Below are positions 1 to 13,165 of a stretch of DNA of 64,000 bases, piece by piece. Location: positions 9,486,001-9,550,000 of the forward strand of contig OX597828.1 in NCBI GenBank assembly GCA_951406725.2. The letters run 5' to 3'. Both the position numbers and the translations under genes were made by a program. The DNA is from Octopus vulgaris. Lineage: Eukaryota. The notes beneath the pieces were generated by a model that did not search any database, was not told the DNA's origin, and worked only from the letters and a program-made list of their open reading frames with translations. The number at the start of each line of letters is the position of its first letter. Within the stretch, counting starts at the first letter, position 1.

Positions 1-57
1 GCACACACACACACACACGCACATACACACACTTACGTACACTCATGTATGTATGTA

Positions 58-89
<32 letters not shown>

Positions 90-365
90 CATAGCTAGCT
101 ATTTGTCTATCTGTCTATGTATTTATGCATATGTGGGTGTGAGTGTATGTATATATGTACGTAGTATATATGCGTCCATAGAAATATACTTTATAAGTAT
201 AAAAAATTTGTGTGCGGGTGAATGTGTGTGCGCGTGTGGTTGTATATGTGTGTGTATTTGTGTGTGTGTGTGTGTGTTTTTGTGTATAGAAATATGTCTC
301 CGCCTGCATGGGCCTTCTGCTTGCATGCTTATTTATGTTCCGCAATATTTTGTATATTCATTGTA

Positions 366-489
366 AAGGCAGAATTGTTAGCACGCCGGTCACGTTGCTT
401 AGCGGCATTTCATCCGTCTTTACATTGTTAGTTTAAATTCTGCCGAGGTAGACTTTGCCTTTCACTCTTCCGGATCGATAACATTAGTA
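366..489 (+). mobile_element. tRNA-derived SINE family A, 3'-truncated and decayed
   Basis: GGCAGAATTGTTAGCACGCCGG...TTTAAATTCTGCCGAGGTAGACTTTGCCTTTCA matches the fuller copies at 17764 and 55210. Confidence 0.8.
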
Positions 490-642
490 AGATTTTACAA
501 AACTAATATCTTGTAATCTTAATTTGTTATAAACTATTTTAATGTTAAGAAACACCTTACATGTTTCCTTAGAATATATATATAATTTTTCTATAGAATT
601 ACCGTAAACTTAATATTAATTTGTTAGTCTAATCCAAGACTA

Positions 643-863
643 TACAAGGGAGTGCTGAAAAGTTCCTGGTTTTGGGGAAAAGAAAATTCAGAAGGATCAG
701 TTACATATGATTGTATTCAACATGTTCTCCTCTCAGATTCACACATTTATTGCAAAAGTCCTTCAGTATTTCAAAGCACTGTAAAAGAAATCGGAAGTTT
801 GTGTCTCTATCAAGTTCATTCGCAATTCCCTTAAAACGAAGAACTTTTCAGCATCCCCACGTA
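643..863. mobile_element. Tc1/mariner-type MITE (~220 bp)
   Basis: Left end TACAAGGGAGTGCTGAAAAGTTCCTGGTTT; right end reverse-complements to TACGTGGGGATGCTGAAAAGTTCTTCGTTT; TA at both termini. Confidence 0.75.
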
Positions 864-1288
864 GATATATATACTAAGATTTTAGTAATTCCACCTCGTA
901 CATAATATCTATATCGTGAAATGTGTGATCTTAAGATACATGGCGTCTTGAATATTGATGTACACGTCGTCTACAAAAAAGGCATTTCATTTCATAATAT
1001 GTTACTTCAGGTTCAGTGGAGAAAACCTCAATTCAGATGATAGAATGATGAGCCTTGTACAAGAAAGACCTTGCTCCAGTCTTAGTAAAATCTTGTTCTA
1101 TAGCCCTGATTTTAAATTTGTATAGGCCACGTGCTCAGAGTCAGTCGCTTACTTGGAGAGACTAAAGAATATGTTTAATGTATAAAACAATGAGCATCTA
1201 ATAACTATACATTAAACAAATTAAACAAATTATACCTGTTACCGGATGGAGTAATTTTGAAGTTAATCTTACTTTAGCGGGAAACAAT

Positions 1289-1340
<52 letters not shown>

Positions 1341-1364
1341 CATATATATATATATATATATATG

Positions 1365-1558
1365 TAGGTCCCGGGTTGATTCGGGGTTAACCACAGTAAA
1401 TAAAGGTACTCAATACATAGCAGAGTAAAATTAATTTATTATATAGAAGGGAGCTTTACAGGACTAGAACTGTTTCATTCAAGAGAAATCTTCAGGAAGC
1501 TCTGAAGCTTCCTGAAGATTTCTCTTGAATGAAACAGTTCTAGTCCTGTAGAAGCTCC

Positions 1559-1566
<8 letters not shown>
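1365..1566. mobile_element. Penelope-like pseudo-LTR remnant with inverted duplication, inserted in (TA)n
   Basis: Inverted arms 1441-1501 and 1506-1566, each with a hammerhead motif; AATAAA downstream on the minus strand; (TA)n on both sides. Confidence 0.65.
1506..1556 (+). ncRNA. Type I hammerhead ribozyme motif
   Basis: AGCTTC-CTGAAGA-TTTC TCTT GAAT-GAAACAG-TTCTAGTC-CTGTA-GAAGCT: 6-bp stem I, CUGANGA core, short stem II, GAAA, stem III ACAG/CTGT, GUA cleavage triplet at 1548-1550. Confidence 0.75.
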
Positions 1567-1621
<55 letters not shown>

Positions 1622-1625
<4 letters not shown>

Positions 1626-1830
1626 AAGGCTGCTGAAAAGATCCTGCATTTAAAGATATCGCGAAAGGCTTGGATGGTGACCCAAATTCCGAACTCTTTT
1701 TCAAGGCATAGAATGAAGGACTTTCGCCCAAGCGAGAGTCGCAATAAGTGTGTGAATCTGAGAGGAAAATAAGTTCAATGAATCACAATTAACTGATCGT
1801 CCTGTATTTTCTAAAGAACTGCTTTCGCCA
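1622..1830. mobile_element. Second, decayed copy of the 643-863 MITE in opposite orientation
   Basis: Begins TGCGAAGGCTGCTGAAAAGATCCTG (TIR-like); 1745-1813 is a diverged reverse complement of 680-750. Confidence 0.65.
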
Positions 1831-2075
1831 ATGATAAGGATATAATCTTCCATGCTAGAAAGACATTACTTTTCATAGAATGCAAAGTGGGTAAAAACAC
1901 CGAAAGCATATGATGGGGACATCTGTGAGACTTTCACACACCCACTCGCATATATATATAATATGAGGACATCTTCAATAGCGTTGCCCAGTTATAATAA
2001 AGCTTTAAAAGATAGTGGTTTTAGCGAAAAATAAAATATACATATATATAGAAAGGAATATCTGGTTTACGCCCT

Positions 2076-2148
<73 letters not shown>

Positions 2149-2322
2149 AATAAGAAAATGGAGAAACAATTTAGCTGGTTTAAAACACTTGTATATTAAT
2201 AATTTGGAAAAGGTATTATACCAACAGTATATTGGGTAAGTATTGTCCCTTAGTGGATTGGATCCACAACTGGTTTAAAACACTTGTATATTAATAATTT
2301 GGGTATTATAACTTACTTGGAT

Positions 2323-2376
<54 letters not shown>

Positions 2377-2497
2377 CTATATATATATATATATATATAC
2401 ATACATATATATATATATATATATGTTTGTGTATGTATGTATGTATGTATGTATATATATATATATATACACATACATACATATACATATATATAAG

Positions 2498-2537
<40 letters not shown>

Positions 2538-3967
2538 CATACGTACATACATACATACACAAACATTCACACAGATACACACTCATAGAATGAGGGTGCA
2601 TGTGTAAGAGTGTGCAATAATCTTTTTTAATAACACTTGCAGCATATATATGTTTACTACTATTAAGGTGTTTGCAATTAATACTTGCGTCATTGATAGG
2701 CCATCCGTGAATAGACTACCAACTTCGCACGAAAGTAAAAGAAATCGTTTGTAAGGTGAATGTTACATTAATATCCCGCAATATTAAAACCATAATAATG
2801 CGGCAAAGGAAAACCTGCAACTACAAGTTTGTGATATGCAGAGGATGTTGCAACCTTTAGTTACATTCTTAGTTTCAATATCCATGTTTTGAGTAAATTT
2901 CGTTGTGTCATTTGCATCTTCGAAATAGAAGGAGGATTAGTAATCAAACATTGAATGATGTTATTCGTGGAATATTGTGTTGAATGTTACTCAACTCGCA
3001 ACACTCTGCAGTTGTTGTATTCACTGGACATTCAGTGAATTCGTATGCTTCAAGTGTATCTCCGTATTTACATTCATTATAACGCTATCTAGAAGGGAGA
3101 TAATGCACTATTCTATCAACAGTGAGTGTGACGTACAATTGCTTGATATTTATGCAGAACGATTCAATCGTATTCAGATTTCATAAACATTTATATCTGT
3201 TTCTGTTATCCAATGTGATAAACAGCTAGATTAAAATTGTGTAGGCAAACTTTTAATTTTTCCCCTTCTAATTACATCAAAGAAAGTAGGAGAAATTCTG
3301 TCCCTTATTCAAAATGCTGCCGAATACTACGTCTTACTGAAAACTCCCTAAAAACGAACTGAATGGAAAGATTATTCAAACTACTTCTCGGTCATCCCTT
3401 TTGTGAATACTGTCGTCGAATATTTCAAGAGAGATTTCCACTTTTCTAGAGCACAAAAGTAACTCCGTGTTATAGAGATAAATACCTGGACACTCTTAAT
3501 GGTCATTAAGAAGGTTCTCTCTTCAAAGGACATTTTCTGACAGCCACACGACTCGAGAATCACTTTCGAAACTCCTCTAGCTTATTCGAATTACCCTTAC
3601 TAAGAACTGATCCTTGTAAGTTGAATTTTTGAAAATTAAACATACAATAACAAAATAGTTCTCTCTCTGAATCCCTCTCTCATTTCATATCCGTATGAAG
3701 TAACATTGTTGAACTGTTATTTTAACGAGTTGTATTTATTTATCAACAAGCGAGATACATCTGCACCACCGGATGCTCCTGAACCAGTTGTTGAAAGTCC
3801 CACCCAAGAGGAATGTGTCGAAACAATTGTTGTGATTAATAATAAATTCTTGTATATTCCATCTTCCGTTTTTCATACAGTTTATAACATGTCGCATTCA
3901 AAAGAAATAATTTAGCCTTAAATTTGATGGTAAAATTGATGCTGTCGGGGGCGGGGGATTGAAGGGC

Positions 3968-4025
3968 TGATCAGCTCAATGGTCAGAGCACTGAGGTGGC
4001 ACGGGGTCGAGTTCCCTCTTTTATG
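3968..4025 (+). mobile_element. Isolated tRNA-like SINE head fragment
   Basis: A-box-like CAGCTCAATGG and B-box-like GGGTCGAGTTCCC; no full cloverleaf. Confidence 0.35.
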
Positions 4026-5082
4026 GCTAAATACGCAATTTGTTTCTGCTGTACTTACTGCTTAACTGTGTTCGAAATTTGCTTTTTGTATGAAATATAT
4101 ATACATACACACACACACACACGCACATACACACACACATATATATATTTATATATATATATATATATATATACTCACATACATGTGTATGTTTGCATAT
4201 AACTATATAGGCACATTCCTTTGAATCTATGCAATGATGGATGTAAGTAGTTATGGCTAACTATCCTTCATATTGTAAATGCTTTGATAATCTCCAAAGT
4301 TGCAACCTAGATGCATATGCTTTCGGTAGAAAGTGTACAATAACTTATGTGTGTTCCAATGAATGAATTCTTTACACATCCATACAACACACACACATAC
4401 GTTCAAGCACACACACACGCGCGCACGCAATTGCATTATTATATGCGCGGCTATATATACTTATACACGCATTGCGTACATGGCGATAGAATTTATTAAT
4501 TTCATATTCCTGAAATTTCTTTTTCAAAATTACGTACTATGTAAGCGAAATATACATGAAATCACGTAGTTAGCTAAATGAAAAGTCTTGATATCTTGTA
4601 GTCTATAAGAAGATCGACAAGGAGAATAAAATTAAGAATAAAAAATAAAAAGGAGAAATCTGAAAATAGTGAAAAGAAATATAAGTTTTCTCTCTACTAC
4701 TGATAAAGGCTGGTTCTTGCATGCAACATCTTGTGCTTTGCCCTCCTAGGTGGTTCACAGATTTATGTGATGTTAAGAAAATACTGTCTGGTAACGCTGT
4801 ATCTCAGCATGGAATTTGCTGATCAAAGAATGGAAACAACGGAGTAACACAAAGGACTGCGTAGATTACCTCTCGCCAAGCATGTTATTTATTAGCAAAG
4901 CATCGTACAATCTGCGTGACTTAATTATTCGGTTAGAATATTCACTTGTTCGTGCACAGCAGACCAACGAAAATGCAGTGGACTGAGGGAAGAAATCAAG
5001 ACACGATGAGAGATGCGGTGATACACATAAACACATTCACACTCGCACAGACACGCACACAGGAGTATACACACGCACACCC

Positions 5083-5114
<32 letters not shown>

Positions 5115-5257
5115 ATATATTCACATATATATTATATATATATACATGTATATGTATGTACGTTTTTAGATACAACAATTATATTTGTATATGTGTGTAT
5201 ACATATATACATACATACATATATATACATACACATATATATAAATCTATGAATATC

Positions 5258-5329
<72 letters not shown>

Positions 5330-5331
5330 GT

Positions 5332-5397
<66 letters not shown>

Positions 5398-6094
5398 CCA
5401 TGCGCACACGTTCATTTTAAGCTATAAAAAAGGAAACATGATTAGTTAGGTGATTTAATGTAAGAAAACCGCAGTACTTTAATCCTGTTACTCAATTGTA
5501 ATACTTCAGTTAATATTCACTTTACAATGAGAAACTGATATTTCCATCGACACCAATTGTATGCATTTAACAATGGAAAGAAGCTGTTAACATAAAGAAA
5601 AACAGGGTTTTTTTTTTTCTCGAAATAAATTTATGCTTATGCATTCGATGAGAGTGTTATGTATCATATGTTTTTGAAAATATAATTATATTCTAATGTC
5701 TGTATTTGGTAGAAATAGAAAATTATCTTATCTATAGATTATTGTACTCGACTGACCTGTTCTGTTTCATCATTGAAATTAACATTTTAAACATACCTTT
5801 TATCCGGGAATATATTCAATATATAAAGTGTTTTTCTTCTTCTCATGCGTTCCAGTAGTTTAGTATATTGCAGTGTTGCTATATATAATCACACACACAC
5901 GCACACATAGCACAGACATGCACAGACATGCACATGTGTATAAATTTGCGTGTGTGTGCATATATATATTCACACACACATAAACATACATATACGTGTA
6001 TATATTTTTGTATATGAACAAATATATATATGTAAGTATATATGCATGTATGTATGTATGTATGTGTGTGGCTAGGTGTGTCTAATATCTAACT

Positions 6095-6540
6095 TACGCT
6101 GCCAGTCTTTGGGGTGCCATCCTAGACTCTTTTTTAGTCATCAGTCGCCACTGGCTTCTGTTCTCTTCCTACCTGTCCAATTCATAATATTGTCAAACCA
6201 GGATTTTCTCTTTATTCCTCTCTTTGCTTCTCCCTGATCTGTGCCCTGAATATGAAGAGAGGTTTTGGACATTGAGTCATGGCGATATATTTGAACTTTT
6301 AAAGTTTGTTTTGTTACTTTACATGGGTAACGAATGGATCCTGTAAGACTGCTGAATTGTTGACATGCTGCCTTACAAAGCTGATCGTTTTATGCTACGT
6401 GTACTGGATGTATGTTAGCTATCTGAAGCACTTGTGCTCAAGTGCCTGTGTTCTCCACTCCATGTCAGTTGCAAGTGTCCAGCTTTAGCACCCATACGGA
6501 AAAATCGAATTTGGAAATGACTTGTAAATTCTGAGTCGTG
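6095..6540 (-). pseudogene. RTE-clade LINE, 3' part of ORF, decayed
   Basis: Minus translation RLRIYKSFPNSIFPYGC*SWTL...ALEHKCFR...HKTISFVRQHV resembles the RTE post-RT motifs KLRLYKS..LLYGCESWTL..FE.KC.R. Confidence 0.8.
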
Positions 6541-6970
6541 TTGAAAACTATTGAGGAAATCTTCAGGACAACAATGGTTGTTCGACAAGAATGTATCTTC
6601 TTTCTTGTGCATTTCAGCAACTTCTTGGAGAACATCGTGCAGAAGAAAATTCTAGCCTTCCACCCATTTGTTTCCATTGAAGAATGGCTCATTTTTAATC
6701 TTTTCTCTGAATATGACACTGACCTGTTGGAGAGTAGAGAAGGAAAATTACAGGAACTCAATACCAGAGTGAAAAATGTAACCGTAGCTTACGGAGTGAA
6801 GATCAACCCCGAAATGAGAAATATCTTCGATGCTAGTAATTATCGAAACATAACTAAACGGAGAGAAACTTTATGAAGTGGACACATTCAAGTACCTAGG
6901 ATCCACTTCGACAAAGGACAATATATGTGAAAAAGAGATAATAACAAGACTAATTTTAGCCTCTGGTGCC
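6541..6970 (+). pseudogene. RTE-clade LINE reverse transcriptase domains 4-7, decayed
   Basis: VRQECIFFLVHFSNFLENI (GVRQGC.LSP.LFN.FLE), NLFSEYDTDLL (NLRFADD), [18 protein letters not shown]...CEKEIITRL. Confidence 0.85.
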
Positions 6971-7192
<222 letters not shown>

Positions 7193-7518
7193 TAAAGTAA
7201 AACGTGTACAAACACCAAATACTAGATTCTAACTTCCCATGTGACCATAAGTGCCCTTCAATCTTCAGCAGAACTATGAATTTATCCCACTCCTCTCCGC
7301 CTAATATAGTATCAATTGCTGTCACATCCAATAAGCTTAATTCGTACTACCTAAATATATATATATATATAATCATAACGTAGATCAATACAGCGCAAAC
7401 ACTAACACCGAACTTGATAGCGCATACCACAACCGTAATCCTAGCACTGTAACCAGCATACACCAGGACACCAACATCCCCGCTTTCCAAGAAGGTCGGA
7501 GTACGGCTGCTGCTGCTG

Positions 7519-7592
<74 letters not shown>

Positions 7593-7799
7593 GCTGATAT
7601 TACCTCTACTACTACTAAGGATAATAATTTTAAAAGAATAACGGTAATAACAGCAATAATAATGGTAATAATAGTAATAATAATAACAACAACAGCAAGA
7701 ATAAGACGAGTCAATCCCCTAATACCTCCCTAAACTTTAACTTGTCCATAAATAGTACAGCATCTTCCCTCTCCACAACTAACCCACATAAAAAAAGAT

Positions 7800-8210
7800 C
7801 GCTGTGACTGCATTCCAGGACCGAATGTCCGCTGTAAGCCTACTGCAGAAGATTTAACGTAGTATACACATGGCTTGTCCACAACATATTACATACTACT
7901 CTTAGTTACTATATCGAGTCTACTATCAATTTTAAACATAGATATTCTGCACATCTAATCTCAGTTAAATAAGAAGAGCATAGCAAATGAACCTTCCTAG
8001 CCAAACACTTACACCATCTGATAAATAGGATAGTATCATATAGAACATCGTGGGCCATAAGAGATTCTGGTGTCCCATACGAAGGCCAGCGCTCAATATG
8101 AAACATTTTCTACATGTATGCATAAGCTGTTTTGCATCTTTATATTCCTCCATAGGTCCAAATGCAAGCAAAATCAAATCCTATAACACTTTCTTCGCTA
8201 TCAACATAAG
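7800..8210 (+). pseudogene. Penelope GIY-YIG endonuclease domain, decayed
   Basis: Manual translation CDC..(frameshift)CPL*AYCRRFNVVYTWLV...YYIESTINFKHRYSAHLIS...TFLAKHLHHL...SWAIRDSGVPYE matches the PLE pattern CxC-CPL-C / VVY / YIG.T / FK.R...H / T.LS.H. Confidence 0.8.
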
Positions 8211-9180
8211 TATCTTAGAAGCTTGCTAGATTTAATTCTTAAAATTTTACAATTTTTAATTTTTAATTTTAAACTTTAAATTTCAATTTAACTTTCAAAT
8301 TTAAAATTTAAAATTTAAATTTTTACTTCTTTAAGTTTTATCCTTTATCCATTTAATTGTAGTTTTATCCTATATATATATATATACAGCCTTAAACTAG
8401 GAATCTATTTTTCGTTATCCCTACTGATGACTGACCACACCTAACTTAGATTTCATCTATTTAATTAATAGACTTAAATACCTTCCAACTTCACTTTACC
8501 AAACATTACATCCCGAACCGACACTTACGAAGAATATTACTGACATTTTATCTGTATCTTTATTCTTTTAATTCTTAGTTCGTATCTTTACTTTTTCTTT
8601 TTCTTTAGTTATGATTTTTTATCTTACTTTACTTTATCTCTAATTCATTGTTTCCTACACCTATCCCACTCCTGCTTTTCTCTCCTTTTTCTCTCTTCTA
8701 TCCACTCATTCACATCACACTTCTGTCTATCTTCATGTAAGACTTTCACACTCTATATACCCACGTGGACCATTTGCATAAGAGCTAACCATTTAATCCA
8801 TTATTTGAACATGAACGCATCATTCGAAATACCACCTCGATTAACCTGAGATTATACCTTCACAAAAGTACAGATCAAATTCCTTACCTCCTGGAAAAAG
8901 ACGAACTGTGAAATTTGTTCTGTCTGTATTCTTCTACCTTTTACTCTTTATTCTTCTATATCGTTCCTTATAAACTGTTAATCTTCCTGTTTAGAACTTT
9001 CATTCATGCTCACCTTGACGGAATATCTAGTATGCAGACATTCTAGCCTATCGCTCAAGATATCCCAGAAACAGCTGTAGGAGTGCAAATTCACCTCGCC
9101 TCAATTCAATTATTTCAAATGACATGAGATACTTGTCGTGCCTTGCTTTTTGTTGGCCTTTCCCTCTAATATATACCTAC

Positions 9181-9215
9181 TAACACGGAAGCCTAACACG
9201 GAAGCCTAACACGGA
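9181..9215. repeat. 13-bp tandem repeat (TAACACGGAAGCC) x2.7
   Basis: Read directly from the sequence. Confidence 0.9.
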
Positions 9216-9368
9216 TCCTTTGATCCAGCCTCAGCAGGGAAATTAGAACCTAATGATCGACCAATAAAAACAGTTACTCAGCGTAAGTATTCGTTTAGTT
9301 CACCAGTGAACTAAACCACTCAAATTCTTTATAGATATAACATGTGTGTGCGCGCATGTGTGTGTGTA

Positions 9369-9414
<46 letters not shown>

Positions 9415-9606
9415 CGAACACACATATCCAATGTATGTGTCTTGATTGTTCTTCGGTTGGTTGCGATTTAACGCAGTACAGATGTCTCTCTTAATGCGTA
9501 GGTTGTCATAAATATATTCATACATATATAGATAGATAGAGAGAGAAACATAGATAGATAGATAAAGAGATAGATATATAGACAGATATATATATATATA
9601 TGTATA

Positions 9607-9661
<55 letters not shown>

Positions 9662-10924
9662 AGCTAGCTAGATAGATAGATAAATAGAGGGATAGATAGA
9701 TAGATAGATAAGCATACTTATATATATTATATATGCGTGTGTGAGTATTAATGAAAGAAATGTCATTCAAATCATAAACTGATACTAAGGGGGCGAAATA
9801 TATCCATGCAATATTGATCCATACACACCTTATCTTATTTTTTATGAGTAGCAACTCAAAATGCTATGGTCCTTGCTTTTTCTAATGTGTTATTTTTTAT
9901 AGTGCTCCTGATATAAATATATTATCTCACGAGTAATTTCAGAACGTTTGCTCCTCAATCAGAACCCGGTTTTAGGAATTAATCTCTAAGTAGTAGAATT
10001 TATGTGATTAACTGGGAAAAGATGACAATCCACAAGTATAACAATATTTATGTAGTCCGATATGTATGAATTTTCTTCATTTATGTACAATAACTATCGG
10101 AAGGTTTCTAAATCATTTCAGTATAAACCTCCATCACATACCATCAATCTTTCAAAGGATAGAAATGAATCTGTCTCACGAAGTTATCTACTACTTATAA
10201 ATGCTTACTATGTTAAATTGCAAAAAGACTATCACTGTATACAATATTTCATTCAAAAATGCCATCAAACTTGCTAATTATTTTGCCTCAAATTTCACAT
10301 AAAAATCCTCAACAAAACTCGGGATTATAGCTTTGTAGAACTTAATCCAAAGTGCAAACTTCTGTAGCAACAAGTGTCATTCGTTCACACACATTGATTA
10401 CGTGAAATTATTCCTTCCATCATCCTGAAATAGTGTAATATTCATATTCCTGCCAAACTTGTAGTTAATTTTCTCTACACGTGTATGCACTGCAACTAAA
10501 GGTAACATATTTATGCATACCCCATCAGCAATAATGATTTATAACTAAGTACCTCGTGTATTAACTTGAAATAATTCATAGATGCAAATACTGCCATTAA
10601 AGACGTCAATTCTGAATTATATTGATCTAAGATTAGTACAGAGATAATTATTATCTTTATGCACCGCATCCATGTGAACTGGTTAAGGGCATCATGTATT
10701 CATTGTTCTCATTTTAAGTCATTAAACCTTTTTGTGTTTTTTAAGATACTCTTTTCCCTAGCTTCAAAAATATGAAACTGTTTATGGACGAGTGTACGCA
10801 AAACATTATTTACAAACAGACCATTAAAACTTTGGAAATTACAGAATATTGTTTTAAAAGAAATAATGTGACTCTATCCTTTTGAACTCTTCTTTTCATA
10901 TTTGAAGAAGCAAACAGGTGTCGA

Positions 10925-11360
10925 GCAGGCAGAATCGTTAGCAAAGCTGGGAAAATTCTTAGCGGCATCGCTTCTGACTTTACGCTATGAGTTCAAATGC
11001 CACCGGAATCGACTTTGCTTTCATTCATTTGGGGTTCGATAAAATTAATACCTATTCCTTTATTACCCACAAGGGGCTAAACATAGAGGGGACAAACAAG
11101 GACAGACATAGGTATTAAGTCGATTACATCGACCCCAGTGCGTAACTGGTACTTAATTTATTGACCCCGAAAGGATGAAAGGTAAAGTCGACCTCGGCTG
11201 AATTTGAACTCACAACGCAACGGCAGACGAAATACCGTTAAGCATTTCGCCCGACGTGCTAACGTTTCTGCCAGCTCTCCGGTTGAGCACTGGGGTTGAT
11301 GTAATCAGCATACACATTTCCCCTGAATTATTGCTCCTGTGCCAAAATTTGAAATCAATA
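10925..11360 (+). mobile_element. Old SINE family A copy interrupted by a younger copy
   Basis: Head and central domain at 10925-11052; resumes at 11281 with GGTTGAGCACTGGGGTTGATGTAATC. Confidence 0.75.
11053..11280 (-). mobile_element. Young SINE family A copy nested in an older copy
   Basis: Near-identical to the units of the 30477-31963 array; includes the head and the AAAGGAATA tail. Confidence 0.9.
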
Positions 11361-12105
11361 CTAGAGGAAGAATTGTCCACCAGTTTATTTCAAGGCGGTG
11401 CCTCATTAAATGCAGTCTAATAAATGAAGCAATTCAAAGATAGAAGATAAAGATATATTTTTTAAATACTCGCCAAACGATCGAAAACAAATATGCTTTT
11501 TACTATGAGCAGAAATATCGCATTCCTTTATTTACGAAAAACCGATGGGCATAGTAGCTATATTGATCCAAGCACTTCACTTATCCATCGGAAAAGATTA
11601 AATAATAAGGCCCAACTCAGTTTATCTCACACTCTAAAGCTGCGCTACTGAAATTCTCAAGAATTTTTTTTTTTATTCCGTTCATCATGTGCAAGTGATT
11701 CCAACTTGGAAGTATATGAAGTGTTTTATTCCTGACAATTTTGCTTTGTGGTAATATATATTTTGCGAAGCCTCGGTGTTTCACATGTTACCCAATGGCA
11801 ATTCGTTATTTTCAGAAAATTCCACTTAATCCGAAAACTAAATGCTTTTGAATGAGCCATAACAAACCAATTTCACAGAGAAAAACTAATATATACGGAT
11901 CAAACGTGCTTACTAAATAATTTCGTGCATATTAAAAACGTACATAATGTGCCTAAAGTTAAGAGAATAACAAACAACGCAGAAACAGATAAGTCCATGG
12001 TGATGTACAAAAAAGTGTGGCGACATTCAAGATATAACATAATCTTGCTTCTGAGGAAATATCTGATAAAGAAATATTTCGATAAACAAATTGAACATAC
12101 ATAGA

Positions 12106-12485
12106 CAAGAGAAGTGGCTGAGTGTTAAGAAGATTACTCCCCAAACAGATGGTTCCAGGTTCAGTGCTTGTACCTTTAATTATAGACTCGGGCCAGCCAA
12201 AGCCTGGTTTGTGGATTTGTTAAATGGAAGCAGGAACCCATCGAATATACATAAATACATACATATTTACTCATACATGTATGTATATATTTATGTGTAT
12301 GGGTCATTGTGCCTGTGTTTATCCCCCCAAAATGGCTTTACAACAAATGTTGTTTTTTACATCCTAATAATGTAGCATTTTGGCAAAGCTACCGATAGAA
12401 CATATATCTGGTTTTGATATAAATAGTACTTGCATTCACTCATTAGGCAGCTGGCCGCAGACCAATGATAGAAAGAAGTAAAAAT
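12106..12485 (+). mobile_element. SINE family B, decayed
   Basis: GTGGCTGAGTGTTAAG...GGTTCAGTG...GTGGATTTGTTAAATGGAAGC, internal simple repeat and tail as in the copy at 22876. Confidence 0.7.
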
Positions 12486-12920
12486 ATAAATGATACAATA
12501 CTAGATGTTTTGAGTGTGGAAACGAAGAACTCAATAGAAACTAACAGATGAGTGAAATTATAGAAAAATCAAGCAAAATTTCTTCACCATCGCAAAGGTT
12601 TTAAAATGCAAATATATATCTTAATTGAGTGAACTTCGCAGAAATGCTCATAACTCTAGTACAAATATGCGTCTTGTTATATCTGCTCCTAATTTGTCCT
12701 AAATAAAGCTAACGTTCCCAAAACAGGACATATATGTAATAAATTGCATTCAAAGTAACTGTTTAACTTTGGGCAATATCCATTTTAACATTTATTTTTT
12801 CTTTCATTGTTTTGAAATACTGACCAGTCACGGTGATATACTTTGTGTTAAATGTTCTTAGCAAGCTCGTTGTTACTTATAGAGGAGTAGAGTTCTATAT
12901 TTAAGAGATGGGGAATTATG

Positions 12921-13117
12921 AACATTATTTATATTATTCACATTTGACGGATATTTGTCCTCATTTTGTTTGTTGTTGACACAAAATTTCCGCTGATATA
13001 CACTCCAGGCTTCAACACTCCTGGGGGAAAGTTCGAACTTGGGTTCTCATTCCTAAAGTATTTTTCGATGTTGTTGTTGTTATTTATTATTATGATTGTT
13101 ATTAGTTTTATTATTAC

Positions 13118-13165
<48 letters not shown>

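Larger units (their letters stand above)
7195..9300 (+). mobile_element. 5'-truncated Penelope-like retroelement
   Basis: GIY-YIG remnant at 7800-8210 followed by a long pyrimidine-rich 3' region with a degenerate hammerhead-like motif at 9005-9085; starts at a (TA)n tract; outer boundaries approximate. Confidence 0.7.

Noticed and set aside
8415-8470. CTGATGA hammerhead core
   Set aside because: No downstream GAAA or pairing stems at suitable spacing
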